From NCBI GenBank assembly GCA_007570915.1, contig RKSK01000076.1, positions 1 through 27,106 of the forward strand: 27,106 nucleotides of DNA, read 5' to 3'. A model generated the notes under the pieces. It was not told where the DNA came from. It worked only from the letters and a program-made list of their open reading frames with translations, and did not search any database. Positions 16,583-25,436 of the stretch are shown piece by piece. Each line of letters starts with the position of its first letter. The stretch's first letter is position 1. Made by a program: the position numbers and the translations under genes. Source of the DNA: Cenarchaeum sp. Its GTDB lineage: Archaea > Thermoproteota > Nitrososphaeria > Nitrososphaerales > Nitrosopumilaceae.

Positions 16583-19492
16583 ATGGCGATCCTGCTCCTC
16601 TCCGTGCTCTCCAGCGCCCCGGCATACATGCCGGCCCACTCGCAGCTGGTCCCGGACATCGACCGCGACGGCGTGCCAGACGCCTCTGACATGTGCCCAA
16701 ACCTGCCCGAGGACGGCGTCGGGGACGACTCTGACGGGTGCCCGTCGCCGAGGGTCCAGTGGCACGACTCTGACCGCGACGGGATAGCCGACGCCGCCGA
16801 CGAGTGCCCGCTCTCTGCCGAGGTCTACAACGGCATCGAGGACGCCGACGGCTGCCCCGACTCCGCGCCGGGCATAGCCTCGCGCGGGCCGGCGGACTCG
16901 GACGGCGACGGGATACCAGACGGCATTGACACGTGCCCCACGCGGCCCGAGACGCAAAACGGGATCATGGACGCCGACGGCTGCCCCGACGAGCCGGCCC
17001 CGGGCCACGACTCGGACGGCGACGGCATACGCGACCTGCTAGACGAGTGCCCGTTCGCCGAGGAGACGTTCAACAGGATTGACGACGCCGACGGCTGCCC
17101 CGACTCCGCGCCGGACGCCGCCTCGCGCGGGCCGGCGGACTCGGACGGCGACGGGATCAACGACATAGCGGACCTCTGCATACTTGCGGCCGAGACGCCA
17201 AACGGGTTTATGGACTCTGACGGGTGCCCCGACACCGCGGCCGACGCGCTTCCTGACGAGGACGGCGACGGCGTGCACGACGGGCTCGACGCGTGCCCCG
17301 ACGAGGCCGAGACGTACAACAACTTTCTTGACTCCGACGGCTGCCCCGACGACAGGCCGCCGCACACGTCGGGCATCGGCGTTGACGCCGACAGGGACCG
17401 CATCGCCGACGACGTCGACGAGTGCCCCGGCGAGGCCGAGCGCTACAACGGCTTTGAGGACGCCGACGGCTGCCCCGACATACCGCCGTACGTGACGGCC
17501 TTTGACAGGGACTCTGACGGCATCGACGACGCCGACGACGAGTGCCCCGACTCGCCGGAGACGTACAACCGCCACGAGGACGCCGACGGCTGCCCCGACT
17601 TTGTCGGCGTCGAGAGCGTAGTCCACGACACCGACGGCGACGGCATCGCCGACCGCATGGACCTCTGCCCCAACCAGGCCGAGACGTCGACAGGGGGGCA
17701 GCTCGACGGCTGCCCCGACAGGGGCAGGGCGCCGACGCTTGACACCGACGGCGACGGCGTGCCCAACGCCCTTGACGAGTGCCCGTCGTCATTTGAGACG
17801 TACAACATGATAGACGACGCCGACGGCTGCCCCGACGAGGCCCCCGCACAGCAGCCCCGCGACGCCGACGGTGACGGCATACCGGACATATCTGACTCTT
17901 GCGCCCTCTCGCCGGAGACGCGCAACGGGTACATGGACGCCGACGGCTGCCCCGACGACGTCCCCTTTGAGGACGCCGACGGCGACGGCGTGCGCGACGG
18001 GGCCGACGCGTGCCCCGACGACGCCGAGACCTATGGCGTCGGCGGGGTCATCGACGGCTGCCCCGACGAGATGGGCGAGGCGGACGCCGACGCCGACGGG
18101 ATCTCAGACCGCCTCGACGCCTGCCCCGACGAGGCCGAGACGCAGAACGGCTTCCTCGACGCCGACGGCTGCCCCGACGAGGTCCCGGGGGCGAGCGCGG
18201 CGACTGACTCTGACGGCGACGGCATCCCCGACGCCGCCGACATGTGCGCCAACGCCCCCGAGACGTACAACCAGCTCGACGACGCCGACGGCTGCCCCGA
18301 CGTTGTCGTCACCGGGAGGGCGCAAAACCCAGACACCGACGGCGACGGCCTGCCGGACCGCCTTGACCTCTGCCCGTCGATACCGGAGGTCCGCAACGGC
18401 TTCATGGACAACGACGGCTGCCCCGACAGGGGGACGACGCGCGACGGCGACGGCGACGGCATACCAGACTCGCTTGACGAGTGCCCCTCTGACCCCGAGA
18501 CGTTCAACCTCGTTGACGACTCTGACGGGTGCCCCGAGGCCGCGGCCCCCGGCGGTGTCAACGACGCCGACGGCGACGGCCTCAACGACCTGGTGGACTC
18601 GTGCCCGCTGGAGCCCGAGACGATAAACGCGCACATGGACGACGACGGCTGCCCCGACGCGGTTCCCGCCCCGGACGCGGACTCTGACGGGGTGCCAGAC
18701 CCGATTGACCTGTGCCCGGACGAGCCGGAGACGTGGAACCGGCACCTGGACTCCGACGGCTGCCCCGACGAGCGCAGCACGTTTGACGCCGACTATGACG
18801 GGATTCCGGACACGGTGGACGAGTGCCCCGAGCTCCGCGAGCTCTTTAACGGCTTTGAGGACGAGGACGGCTGCCCCGACTCTGCCGAGCCGCCCGCCGA
18901 GAGGGACTCGGACTTTGACCGCATCATGGACGCCGATGACGCGTGCCCGCTCCAGCCTGAGCGCTACAACGGCTTTGAGGACGAGGACGGCTGCCCCGAC
19001 TCTGTCCTGAACGTGCGCAGCGTCGCCGACTCGGACGGCGACGGGATCCCGGACACCGTTGACACGTGCCCGACGAGGCCCGAGACGCTCAACGGGATAA
19101 ACGACCAGGACGGCTGCCCGGACAGGAGCTCGTCAGTCGCGGACACCGACGGCGACGGCATACCGAACTCGCGGGACCTCTGCCCGCTCCAGGAGGAGAC
19201 GTTTAACCGCATACGCGACGCCGACGGCTGCCCCGACGGCGTGGAGAGGGCCGGCCCGCCCGTGGTGGACACGGACTCTGACGGCATCCCCGACGAGCGC
19301 GACTCGTGCCCCGCCGAGGCCGAGGACCGCGACGGCGACCGCGACGCCGACGGCTGCCCCGACGCCGCCGGCCCGCCTGACGCCGACGGCGACGGCGTCC
19401 CCGACGAGCGCGACTCGTGCCCCGCCGAGGCCGAGACGATAAACAGGTACATGGACGCCGACGGCTGCCCCGACACGCTTCCGGGCGGCTAG
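16583..19492 (+). CDS. Secreted thrombospondin type 3-like (Asp/Cys Ca-binding) repeat protein 1, 24 units
   Basis: 24 units of DxDxDGxxDxxDxCPxxxExxNxxxDxDGCPD counted by hand; the hydrophobic N-terminus lacks a basic n-region (possibly clipped); no C-terminal anchor. Confidence 0.88.
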   Translation: MAILLLSVLSSAPAYMPAHSQLVPDIDRDGVPDASDMCPNLPEDGVGDDSDGCPSPRVQWHDSDRDGIADAADECPLSAEVYNGIEDADGCPDSAPGIASRGPADSDGDGIPDGIDTCPTRPETQNGIMDADGCPDEPAPGHDSDGDGIRDLLDECPFAEETFNRIDDADGCPDSAPDAASRGPADSDGDGINDIADLCILAAETPNGFMDSDGCPDTAADALPDEDGDGVHDGLDACPDEAETYNNFLDSDGCPDDRPPHTSGIGVDADRDRIADDVDECPGEAERYNGFEDADGCPDIPPYVTAFDRDSDGIDDADDECPDSPETYNRHEDADGCPDFVGVESVVHDTDGDGIADRMDLCPNQAETSTGGQLDGCPDRGRAPTLDTDGDGVPNALDECPSSFETYNMIDDADGCPDEAPAQQPRDADGDGIPDISDSCALSPETRNGYMDADGCPDDVPFEDADGDGVRDGADACPDDAETYGVGGVIDGCPDEMGEADADADGISDRLDACPDEAETQNGFLDADGCPDEVPGASAATDSDGDGIPDAADMCANAPETYNQLDDADGCPDVVVTGRAQNPDTDGDGLPDRLDLCPSIPEVRNGFMDNDGCPDRGTTRDGDGDGIPDSLDECPSDPETFNLVDDSDGCPEAAAPGGVNDADGDGLNDLVDSCPLEPETINAHMDDDGCPDAVPAPDADSDGVPDPIDLCPDEPETWNRHLDSDGCPDERSTFDADYDGIPDTVDECPELRELFNGFEDEDGCPDSAEPPAERDSDFDRIMDADDACPLQPERYNGFEDEDGCPDSVLNVRSVADSDGDGIPDTVDTCPTRPETLNGINDQDGCPDRSSSVADTDGDGIPNSRDLCPLQEETFNRIRDADGCPDGVERAGPPVVDTDSDGIPDERDSCPAEAEDRDGDRDADGCPDAAGPPDADGDGVPDERDSCPAEAETINRYMDADGCPDTLPGG

Positions 19493-19576
19493 GCGCGCCT
19501 GCGATCCCCGGCAGCGCGGCGTGACGGCGCGGCTGATCACCGGCGCGCTTCCGGGCGGCTAGGCGCGCCTGCGATC
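19476..19576 (+). repeat. 31-bp perfect direct repeat pair, 70-bp period
   Basis: CGCTTCCGGGCGGCTAGGCGCGCCTGCGATC at 19476-19506 (spanning the repeat-gene-1 stop) and again at 19546-19576. Confidence 0.92.
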
Positions 19577-19629
19577 GGCCCGGTCGCGGCCCGGGGGCTC
19601 CCGCGGGCGCGGCCCCGCGCCCGCACCCG

Positions 19630-19645
19630 CCGCGAAGTTTAATAA
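19630..19645 (+). promoter_or_regulatory. BRE/TATA promoter of repeat gene 2
   Basis: CCGCGAAGTTTAATAA ends 27 nt before ATG 19672; identical 16-mer at 21502. Confidence 0.8.
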
Positions 19646-19671
19646 TGGCGCATTGGGGGCGATCGCCGAGA

Positions 19672-21426
19672 ATGCGCAGCTTTTGGGCACTGCTGGCGGC
19701 CGTGACGCTCGTGGCGGCGGCCCCCTCCGGCGCCCTTGCGCAGTACGGGGACGCCGACATCGACTCTGACGGCGTCCCAAACGCGATCGACTTGTGCCCC
19801 CACGTGCGCGAGGACTTTGAGGGGGAGATCGACGGCTGCCCGTCGGACTTTGTGCAGTGGCAAGACGCCGACGGCGACGGCGTGGAGGACAGGGTGGACC
19901 AGTGCCCCGCGGCCAGGGAGACGTACAACCGCCACCTCGACGAGGACGGCTGCCCCGACCGCGCCCCCGGCGCGGGCCGTTCGGTGACGGTTGACACCGA
20001 CGGCGACGGCGTCATTGACATGCTTGACGTGTGCCCCACGATGCCCGAGACGCTCAACGGCATACTCGACGGCGACGGCTGCCCCGACGGGGCCGCGCCG
20101 GCGACGGACGCCGACGAGGACGGCGTGCCCGACGCCCTTGACGCGTGCCCCTTCGAGCAGGAGACCTACAACCGGCTCATGGACGGCGACGGCTGCCCCG
20201 ACGAGGTTGAGGACGAGCGCGAGCGGTACGAGTTCCCCGACGAGGACGGCGACGGCATAGACGACAGGTGGGACCAGTGCCCCGGCGAGGCCGAGAACGC
20301 CAACGGGTACCTTGACGGCGACGGCTGCCCCGACGCGCCGGGCTTCACGACGGGCGCCGTGGCCGACTCTGACTTTGACGGGATACCGGACTCCGAGGAC
20401 GCGTGCCCGGAGGAGCGAGAGAACTTTAACCGCCACCTCGACGAGGACGGATGCCCGGACACGCTATCGCTCTCGACTAACGCCGACACTGACCTTGACG
20501 GGATACTCGACAGCGTTGACATGTGCGTCCTCGTGGCAGAGGTGTACAACATGATAGACGACGAGGACGGCTGCCCCGACACGTCCCCCGGCGGCGTGCA
20601 CACGCCGGACTCGGACGGCGACGGGATCTTTGACGCCGTCGACACCTGCCCCATAACGCCCGAGACGCGCAACGGCGTGCTCGACACGGACGGCTGCCCG
20701 GACTCGGATCCCGTCGTGGGCGACTCGGACGTCGACGGGATCCCGGACGACAGGGACGAGTGCCCCCTGGAGCCCGAGACGCACAACAGGTTTGAGGACT
20801 CTGACGGCTGCCCCGACTTTGTCGCCGACGACAGGGTGCCAAACCCCGACACCGACGGCGACGGCCTGCCAGACAGGCTTGACCTCTGCCCGTCCGTCCC
20901 CGAGACGCGCAACGGCGTGCTCGACACGGACGGCTGCCCCGACAGGGGCACGGTGGCCGACACGGACGGGGACGGGATACCAAACGCCATGGACGCGTGC
21001 CCAACGCAGCTGGAGACGTTTAACATGATAGACGACACGGACGGCTGCCCCGACGAGTCGCCGGAGGCGGGGGTCAACGACGCCGACGGCGACGGCATTG
21101 ACGACATATCGGACATGTGCCCGCTGGTCCCGGAAAACCGCAACGGCTACCTTGACGCCGACGGCTGCCCCGACGTGCGCCCGCCGCCAGACGCCGACTC
21201 GGACGGCGTGCCAGACGACGCCGACGCGTGCCCCGACATGGAGGAGACCCGCAACGGCTACATGGACGCCGACGGCTGCCCCGACGAGCTTGTCCTCTCA
21301 GATGACCAGGCCGACAGCGACAATGACGGGATCCGAAACGCCTCTGACGAGTGCCCCGAGGAGCCCGAGACGTGGAACAAGTTTGCCGACTCTGACGGCT
21401 GCCCGGACTCGTTTCCGGAAGGCTAG
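19672..21426 (+). CDS. Secreted TSP3-like repeat protein 2, 14 units
   Basis: Signal MRSFWALLAAVTLVAAAPSGALA; 14 DGCP-terminated units; start placed by promoter spacing. Confidence 0.9.
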   Translation: MRSFWALLAAVTLVAAAPSGALAQYGDADIDSDGVPNAIDLCPHVREDFEGEIDGCPSDFVQWQDADGDGVEDRVDQCPAARETYNRHLDEDGCPDRAPGAGRSVTVDTDGDGVIDMLDVCPTMPETLNGILDGDGCPDGAAPATDADEDGVPDALDACPFEQETYNRLMDGDGCPDEVEDERERYEFPDEDGDGIDDRWDQCPGEAENANGYLDGDGCPDAPGFTTGAVADSDFDGIPDSEDACPEERENFNRHLDEDGCPDTLSLSTNADTDLDGILDSVDMCVLVAEVYNMIDDEDGCPDTSPGGVHTPDSDGDGIFDAVDTCPITPETRNGVLDTDGCPDSDPVVGDSDVDGIPDDRDECPLEPETHNRFEDSDGCPDFVADDRVPNPDTDGDGLPDRLDLCPSVPETRNGVLDTDGCPDRGTVADTDGDGIPNAMDACPTQLETFNMIDDTDGCPDESPEAGVNDADGDGIDDISDMCPLVPENRNGYLDADGCPDVRPPPDADSDGVPDDADACPDMEETRNGYMDADGCPDELVLSDDQADSDNDGIRNASDECPEEPETWNKFADSDGCPDSFPEG

Positions 21427-21501
21427 GGCGTGATGGCCATGCGCGCAGACACGGGCAACGGCGGCGGGGCGGCGTGGCGGGGCCCGCCCGCCGCGGGGGG
21501 G

Positions 21502-21517
21502 CCGCGAAGTTTAATAA
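21502..21517 (+). promoter_or_regulatory. BRE/TATA promoter of repeat gene 3
   Basis: CCGCGAAGTTTAATAA ends 27 nt before ATG 21544. Confidence 0.8.
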
Positions 21518-21543
21518 AGAAGCGCGCGGGCCGGCCCGCGAAA

Positions 21544-24330
21544 ATGGGCAGATGCTGGGCGATCATGGCGCTGGCCGCCACGCTGCTCGTGTCGCTGCCC
21601 GCCGGCGCGATGGCGCAGGCGCCGGAGATCGACATTGACTCTGACGGCGTGCCGGACTCTGTCGACGAGTGCCCGCACGTCCTTGAGGACCACGTCGGCG
21701 AGATCGACGGGTGCCCGTCAGACTTTGTCCCGTGGTACGACACGGACAACGACGGGATCGAAGACCGCCTTGACCTGTGCCCGACCGTGAAGGAGCGCTA
21801 CAACCGACACCTCGACGAGGACGGCTGCCCGGACGTCGTCATCGAGAGGGGCAGCGACTCGCCGGCCGACACGGACGGCGACGGGTTTATCGACGTCCTG
21901 GACTCGTGCCCCAACGAGCCCGAGACGCCCAACGGCATACTCGACGGCGACGGCTGCCCCGACGACTATGTGCCGCTGACTGACAACGACGAGGACGCCG
22001 TGCCCGACAGCGTCGACGCGTGCCCCTTCGAGCAGGAGACCTACAACCGGTTCATGGACGGCGACGGCTGCCCCGACGAGGTCGAGACCGAGCGCACGCA
22101 GTACGAGTTCCCCGACGAGGACGGCGACGGCATTGACGACAGGTGGGACCAGTGCCCCGACGAGGCCGAGAACCGCAACTCGTACCTTGACTGGGACGGC
22201 TGCATCGACGAGCCCGGCGTCACCTCTAGGGGGGCAGTCGACACCGACTATGACAGCATCCCGGACTCGGAGGACAACTGCCCGCAGGAGCGCGAGATCT
22301 TTAACGGCCTGCTCGACTCCGACGGCTGCCCCGACGAGGTTCCCGTCGAGCTCACCGGCGACATTGACCGCGACGGCGTTGCGGACAACGTCGACCTCTG
22401 CCCCCTGAGCCGCGAGGTCTACAACATGGTAAACGACGAGGACGGCTGCCCCGACACGGTGGCGGTCGGCTCGGTCACGCCGGACTCCGACGGCGACGGG
22501 ATATTTGACATCGTCGACGTCTGCCCGATAACGCCCGAGGTAGTCAACGGCTACATGGACACCGACGGCTGCCCGGACACGGTGCGCGCCGCCGGCGACG
22601 CCGACGCCGACGGGATACCCGACCCCGACGACATGTGCCCCTCGAGGCCAGAGACGTACAACAGGTTTGAGGACACCGACGGGTGCCCGGACAACGTGGT
22701 CACGGCCGCGACGGCATTTGAGTTTCCTGACACCGACGGCGACGGGATAGAGGACAGGCGCGACCAGTGCCCCACCGTCGCCGAGAACGCCAACGGCTAC
22801 CTGGACTGGGACGGGTGCCCGGACACGGAGGGATACGACACGCAGAGCACCGCGCCGGACTCGGACTATGACGGCGTGCCCGACCCCGACGACCTGTGCC
22901 CCGGCGTCGGCGAGCGCTACAACGGCTTTATGGACGAGGACGGGTGCCCGGACATCCCGCAGGTTCCGCGCAGCGGCGACGCGGACTTTGACGGCATCCT
23001 GGACAACGTCGACGAGTGCCCGCGCGAGCGCGAGACGTTCAACAGGATCAACGACGGCGACGGCTGCCCCGACGGCGAGGACACAGTGTTCACCGCGCCT
23101 GACACCGACGGCGACGGCATCCTTGACGCCGCGGACTCGTGCCCGTCAAGGGCAGAGACGGTCAACGGGATAGCGGACACCGACGGCTGCCCGGACCACG
23201 GCGCCGCGCCCGCGGACACCGACGGCGACGGCGTGCCCGACGCCGTCGACGAGTGCCCGACGTCGTTTGAGACGTACAACGCCATAGACGACGCCGACGG
23301 CTGCCCTGACGACAGCTCGGTCGCCGAGGCGCCAGAGTACAGCCCCGCGGACACCGACGGCGACGGCGTGCCGGACATGCGCGACCAGTGCCCCGAGGAG
23401 GACGAGACGGCCAACGGCTACCTCGACTGGGACGGCTGCCCTGACGCCATGATAGAGCGCATCTCGCTGACGGCCGACGCGGACAGCGACGGCATCCTGG
23501 ACCACGAGGACCGCTGCCCCATGGCGCCCGAGCGCCACAACGGCTTCCATGACGCCGACGGCTGCCCCGACATCGCGCCGTACGCGCCGCCGCCCTCGAT
23601 GGACTCGGACTCTGACGGCATACCCGACGCCGCCGACGAGTGCCCGGGCGAGTTTGAGACGTACAACATGCACGAGGACGACGACGGCTGCCCGGACACC
23701 GTGTTCTCGGGCAACTCGATACCGGACACCGACGGCGACGGCATCATTGACGTCTCTGACGTGTGCCCGACGCTCCGCGAGACGGTCAACGGCGTCGACG
23801 ACTTTGACGGCTGCCCCGACGGCGTCGCGCCGCACGGGGACGCCGACTCGGACGGCGTGCCAGACCCCGACGACGAGTGCCCCCGGGAGCCCGAGACGCA
23901 CAACAGGTTTGAGGACGCCGACGGCTGCCCAGACGAGGCGCCGGCCCAGCGCATGGGCTTTTCGTACCCCGACACCGACGGCGACGGCCTGGACGACAGG
24001 CTTGACCAGTGCCGCACGGCCCCAGAGACGCCCAACGGCTACCTCGACGGCGACGGCTGCCCCGACGTGGTGCCGGAGGGCTCCCTTGAGCCGACCAGGT
24101 CCGACATTGACGGCGACAACATCGCCGACGGCGTGGACCTCTGCCCCGCGGCGCCCGAGACGTGGAACAAGTACCGCGACCATGACGGCTGCCCGGACAC
24201 GACGCCCGAGCAGATGCGCCACCTGCAAGACTCGGACTCTGACGGCGTGCCCGACACGGCGGACATGTGCCCCGCCGAGGCCGAGGACGCCGACGGCGTC
24301 TCTGATGGCGACGGCTGCCCTGACCCCTAG
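21544..24330 (+). CDS. Secreted TSP3-like repeat protein 3, 22 units
   Basis: Signal [24 protein letters not shown]; 22 units; start ATG 21544 by promoter spacing (the track start at 21430 is upstream of the promoter). Confidence 0.9.
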   Translation: MGRCWAIMALAATLLVSLPAGAMAQAPEIDIDSDGVPDSVDECPHVLEDHVGEIDGCPSDFVPWYDTDNDGIEDRLDLCPTVKERYNRHLDEDGCPDVVIERGSDSPADTDGDGFIDVLDSCPNEPETPNGILDGDGCPDDYVPLTDNDEDAVPDSVDACPFEQETYNRFMDGDGCPDEVETERTQYEFPDEDGDGIDDRWDQCPDEAENRNSYLDWDGCIDEPGVTSRGAVDTDYDSIPDSEDNCPQEREIFNGLLDSDGCPDEVPVELTGDIDRDGVADNVDLCPLSREVYNMVNDEDGCPDTVAVGSVTPDSDGDGIFDIVDVCPITPEVVNGYMDTDGCPDTVRAAGDADADGIPDPDDMCPSRPETYNRFEDTDGCPDNVVTAATAFEFPDTDGDGIEDRRDQCPTVAENANGYLDWDGCPDTEGYDTQSTAPDSDYDGVPDPDDLCPGVGERYNGFMDEDGCPDIPQVPRSGDADFDGILDNVDECPRERETFNRINDGDGCPDGEDTVFTAPDTDGDGILDAADSCPSRAETVNGIADTDGCPDHGAAPADTDGDGVPDAVDECPTSFETYNAIDDADGCPDDSSVAEAPEYSPADTDGDGVPDMRDQCPEEDETANGYLDWDGCPDAMIERISLTADADSDGILDHEDRCPMAPERHNGFHDADGCPDIAPYAPPPSMDSDSDGIPDAADECPGEFETYNMHEDDDGCPDTVFSGNSIPDTDGDGIIDVSDVCPTLRETVNGVDDFDGCPDGVAPHGDADSDGVPDPDDECPREPETHNRFEDADGCPDEAPAQRMGFSYPDTDGDGLDDRLDQCRTAPETPNGYLDGDGCPDVVPEGSLEPTRSDIDGDNIADGVDLCPAAPETWNKYRDHDGCPDTTPEQMRHLQDSDSDGVPDTADMCPAEAEDADGVSDGDGCPDP

Positions 24331-25349
24331 CCGCTAATCCAGCCTAGCCTTCTAAAGTAGAGGTACATTATGCCGGCCGGCACGACTGACGCGAGGATGA
24401 CCAGGAGGAACGTCGTGTGCGGGCCGCCGCCGCCCGAGTCGCCGCTCCCGCCGGGAAGGCTGACGTTCATGCCGTAGAACGTCCCTATCACCGTGGCCGG
24501 TATGGCCAGCGCGAATATTATGGTCAGGACGGCGAGGACCTTGCTTGCCTTCTCCGTGCTGAGGACAAAGTCGGTGTCCTTGTATATCTCCATGGTCTCC
24601 TTTGACTCCTCCAGCGTGTCTATGGCCTTGTCTATGTGGTCTATCACGTCGTCAAAGTGGAGCGTCAGGTCCTCGCCTGGTGAGTAGCTCGCTATGTTCT
24701 TGGCGGCCCCGAGGACTATGCGCTTTAGCGGGCTGGCTATCCTGCGCAGGACGGTGATCTCGCGCCTTAGCACGTGGATGTCCTTTGCGACTGACTTGCC
24801 CTCGTCAAACACGTCGTCCTCGATGTCGTCAAGGTTTGCCATCACGCGCCGGAGCGTGTGGAGAAGGTCGTCGACGAGGACGTCGATTATCTCGTGGAGG
24901 AGGACCGCCGTCGAGCTTGACATCAGGCGGTCGCGCCTCTCTGGGTCAATGCCGCCCTTGCACGCCCTCACCAGGTCGACTAGGGGCTTTAGGTTTCCCT
25001 GGTGGACCGTTATGAGAAACCCCCTGCCCACAAATATAGAGAGCTGGTTGTGCTTTGGGATGGACTCCTTGGCCACGATTGGCGGAAAGTGGAGTATGAG
25101 GAACATGTGGTCGCTGTACGTGTCCAGCTTTGGCAGCTCAAACTTTGTCAGGCAGTCCTCCACGTTCAGCGCGTTAAAGCCGTACTCTGAGGCGAGCCTC
25201 TCGACGTTCTCCCTGTCGGGGTTTTGCAGGTCAATCCACACAAAGCCGCTGCCCTCCATCCTCTCCACCTTCCGCTCGTCGGGCGCGCCGCCATCCTTGG
25301 CCCTCCTCCTCCCCGACCAGAGCCTCTTGGCTATGGAGCCTCGCCTCAT
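24327..25349 (-). CDS. corA: CorA-family Mg2+/Co2+ transporter
   Basis: [33 protein letters not shown], two C-terminal TM helices with the GMN signature (TFYGMNV). Start ATG 25349 fits the TATA box at 25380-25373. Confidence 0.93.
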   Translation of the reverse strand: MRRGSIAKRLWSGRRRAKDGGAPDERKVERMEGSGFVWIDLQNPDRENVERLASEYGFNALNVEDCLTKFELPKLDTYSDHMFLILHFPPIVAKESIPKHNQLSIFVGRGFLITVHQGNLKPLVDLVRACKGGIDPERRDRLMSSSTAVLLHEIIDVLVDDLLHTLRRVMANLDDIEDDVFDEGKSVAKDIHVLRREITVLRRIASPLKRIVLGAAKNIASYSPGEDLTLHFDDVIDHIDKAIDTLEESKETMEIYKDTDFVLSTEKASKVLAVLTIIFALAIPATVIGTFYGMNVSLPGGSGDSGGGGPHTTFLLVILASVVPAGIMYLYFRRLGWISG

Positions 25350-25370
25350 CGGGCCCCTCCCCGCCCCGCC

Positions 25371-25380
25371 AATTATAAAA
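25371..25380 (-). promoter_or_regulatory. TATA box for corA
   Basis: TTTTATAATT on the minus strand, about 24-31 nt before ATG 25349. Confidence 0.75.
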
Positions 25381-25408
25381 CTGATTGCGCGCGCGCGCCG
25401 CGGCGGGC

Positions 25409-25414
25409 TTAAAT
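25409..25414 (+). promoter_or_regulatory. TATA box for the ArdC-like gene (divergent from corA)
   Basis: TTAAAT begins 28 nt before ATG 25437. Confidence 0.65.
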
Positions 25415-25436
25415 TCGCCATCGCGCGGGGATGGCG

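Noticed and set aside
16754-16764. Minus-strand 'ESCHWT' as the missing Taw1 CHW motif
   Set aside because: It is the antisense of VQWHD in the repeat gene, in a different frame, about 190 nt from THRC rather than about 70, with no CYK following.
19476-19576. Mini-CRISPR array (31-bp repeats, 39-bp spacer)
   Set aside because: Only two copies, the first overlaps a coding 3' end, there is no AT-rich leader or CRISPR-like terminal motif, and no cas genes.
16577-24337. Numerous long antisense/alternate-frame ORFs over the repeat genes (and e.g. 24694..25575 over corA)
   Set aside because: Expected shadows of GC-rich, repetitive coding sequence; they translate to SGQPS or Arg-rich repeats with no motifs.
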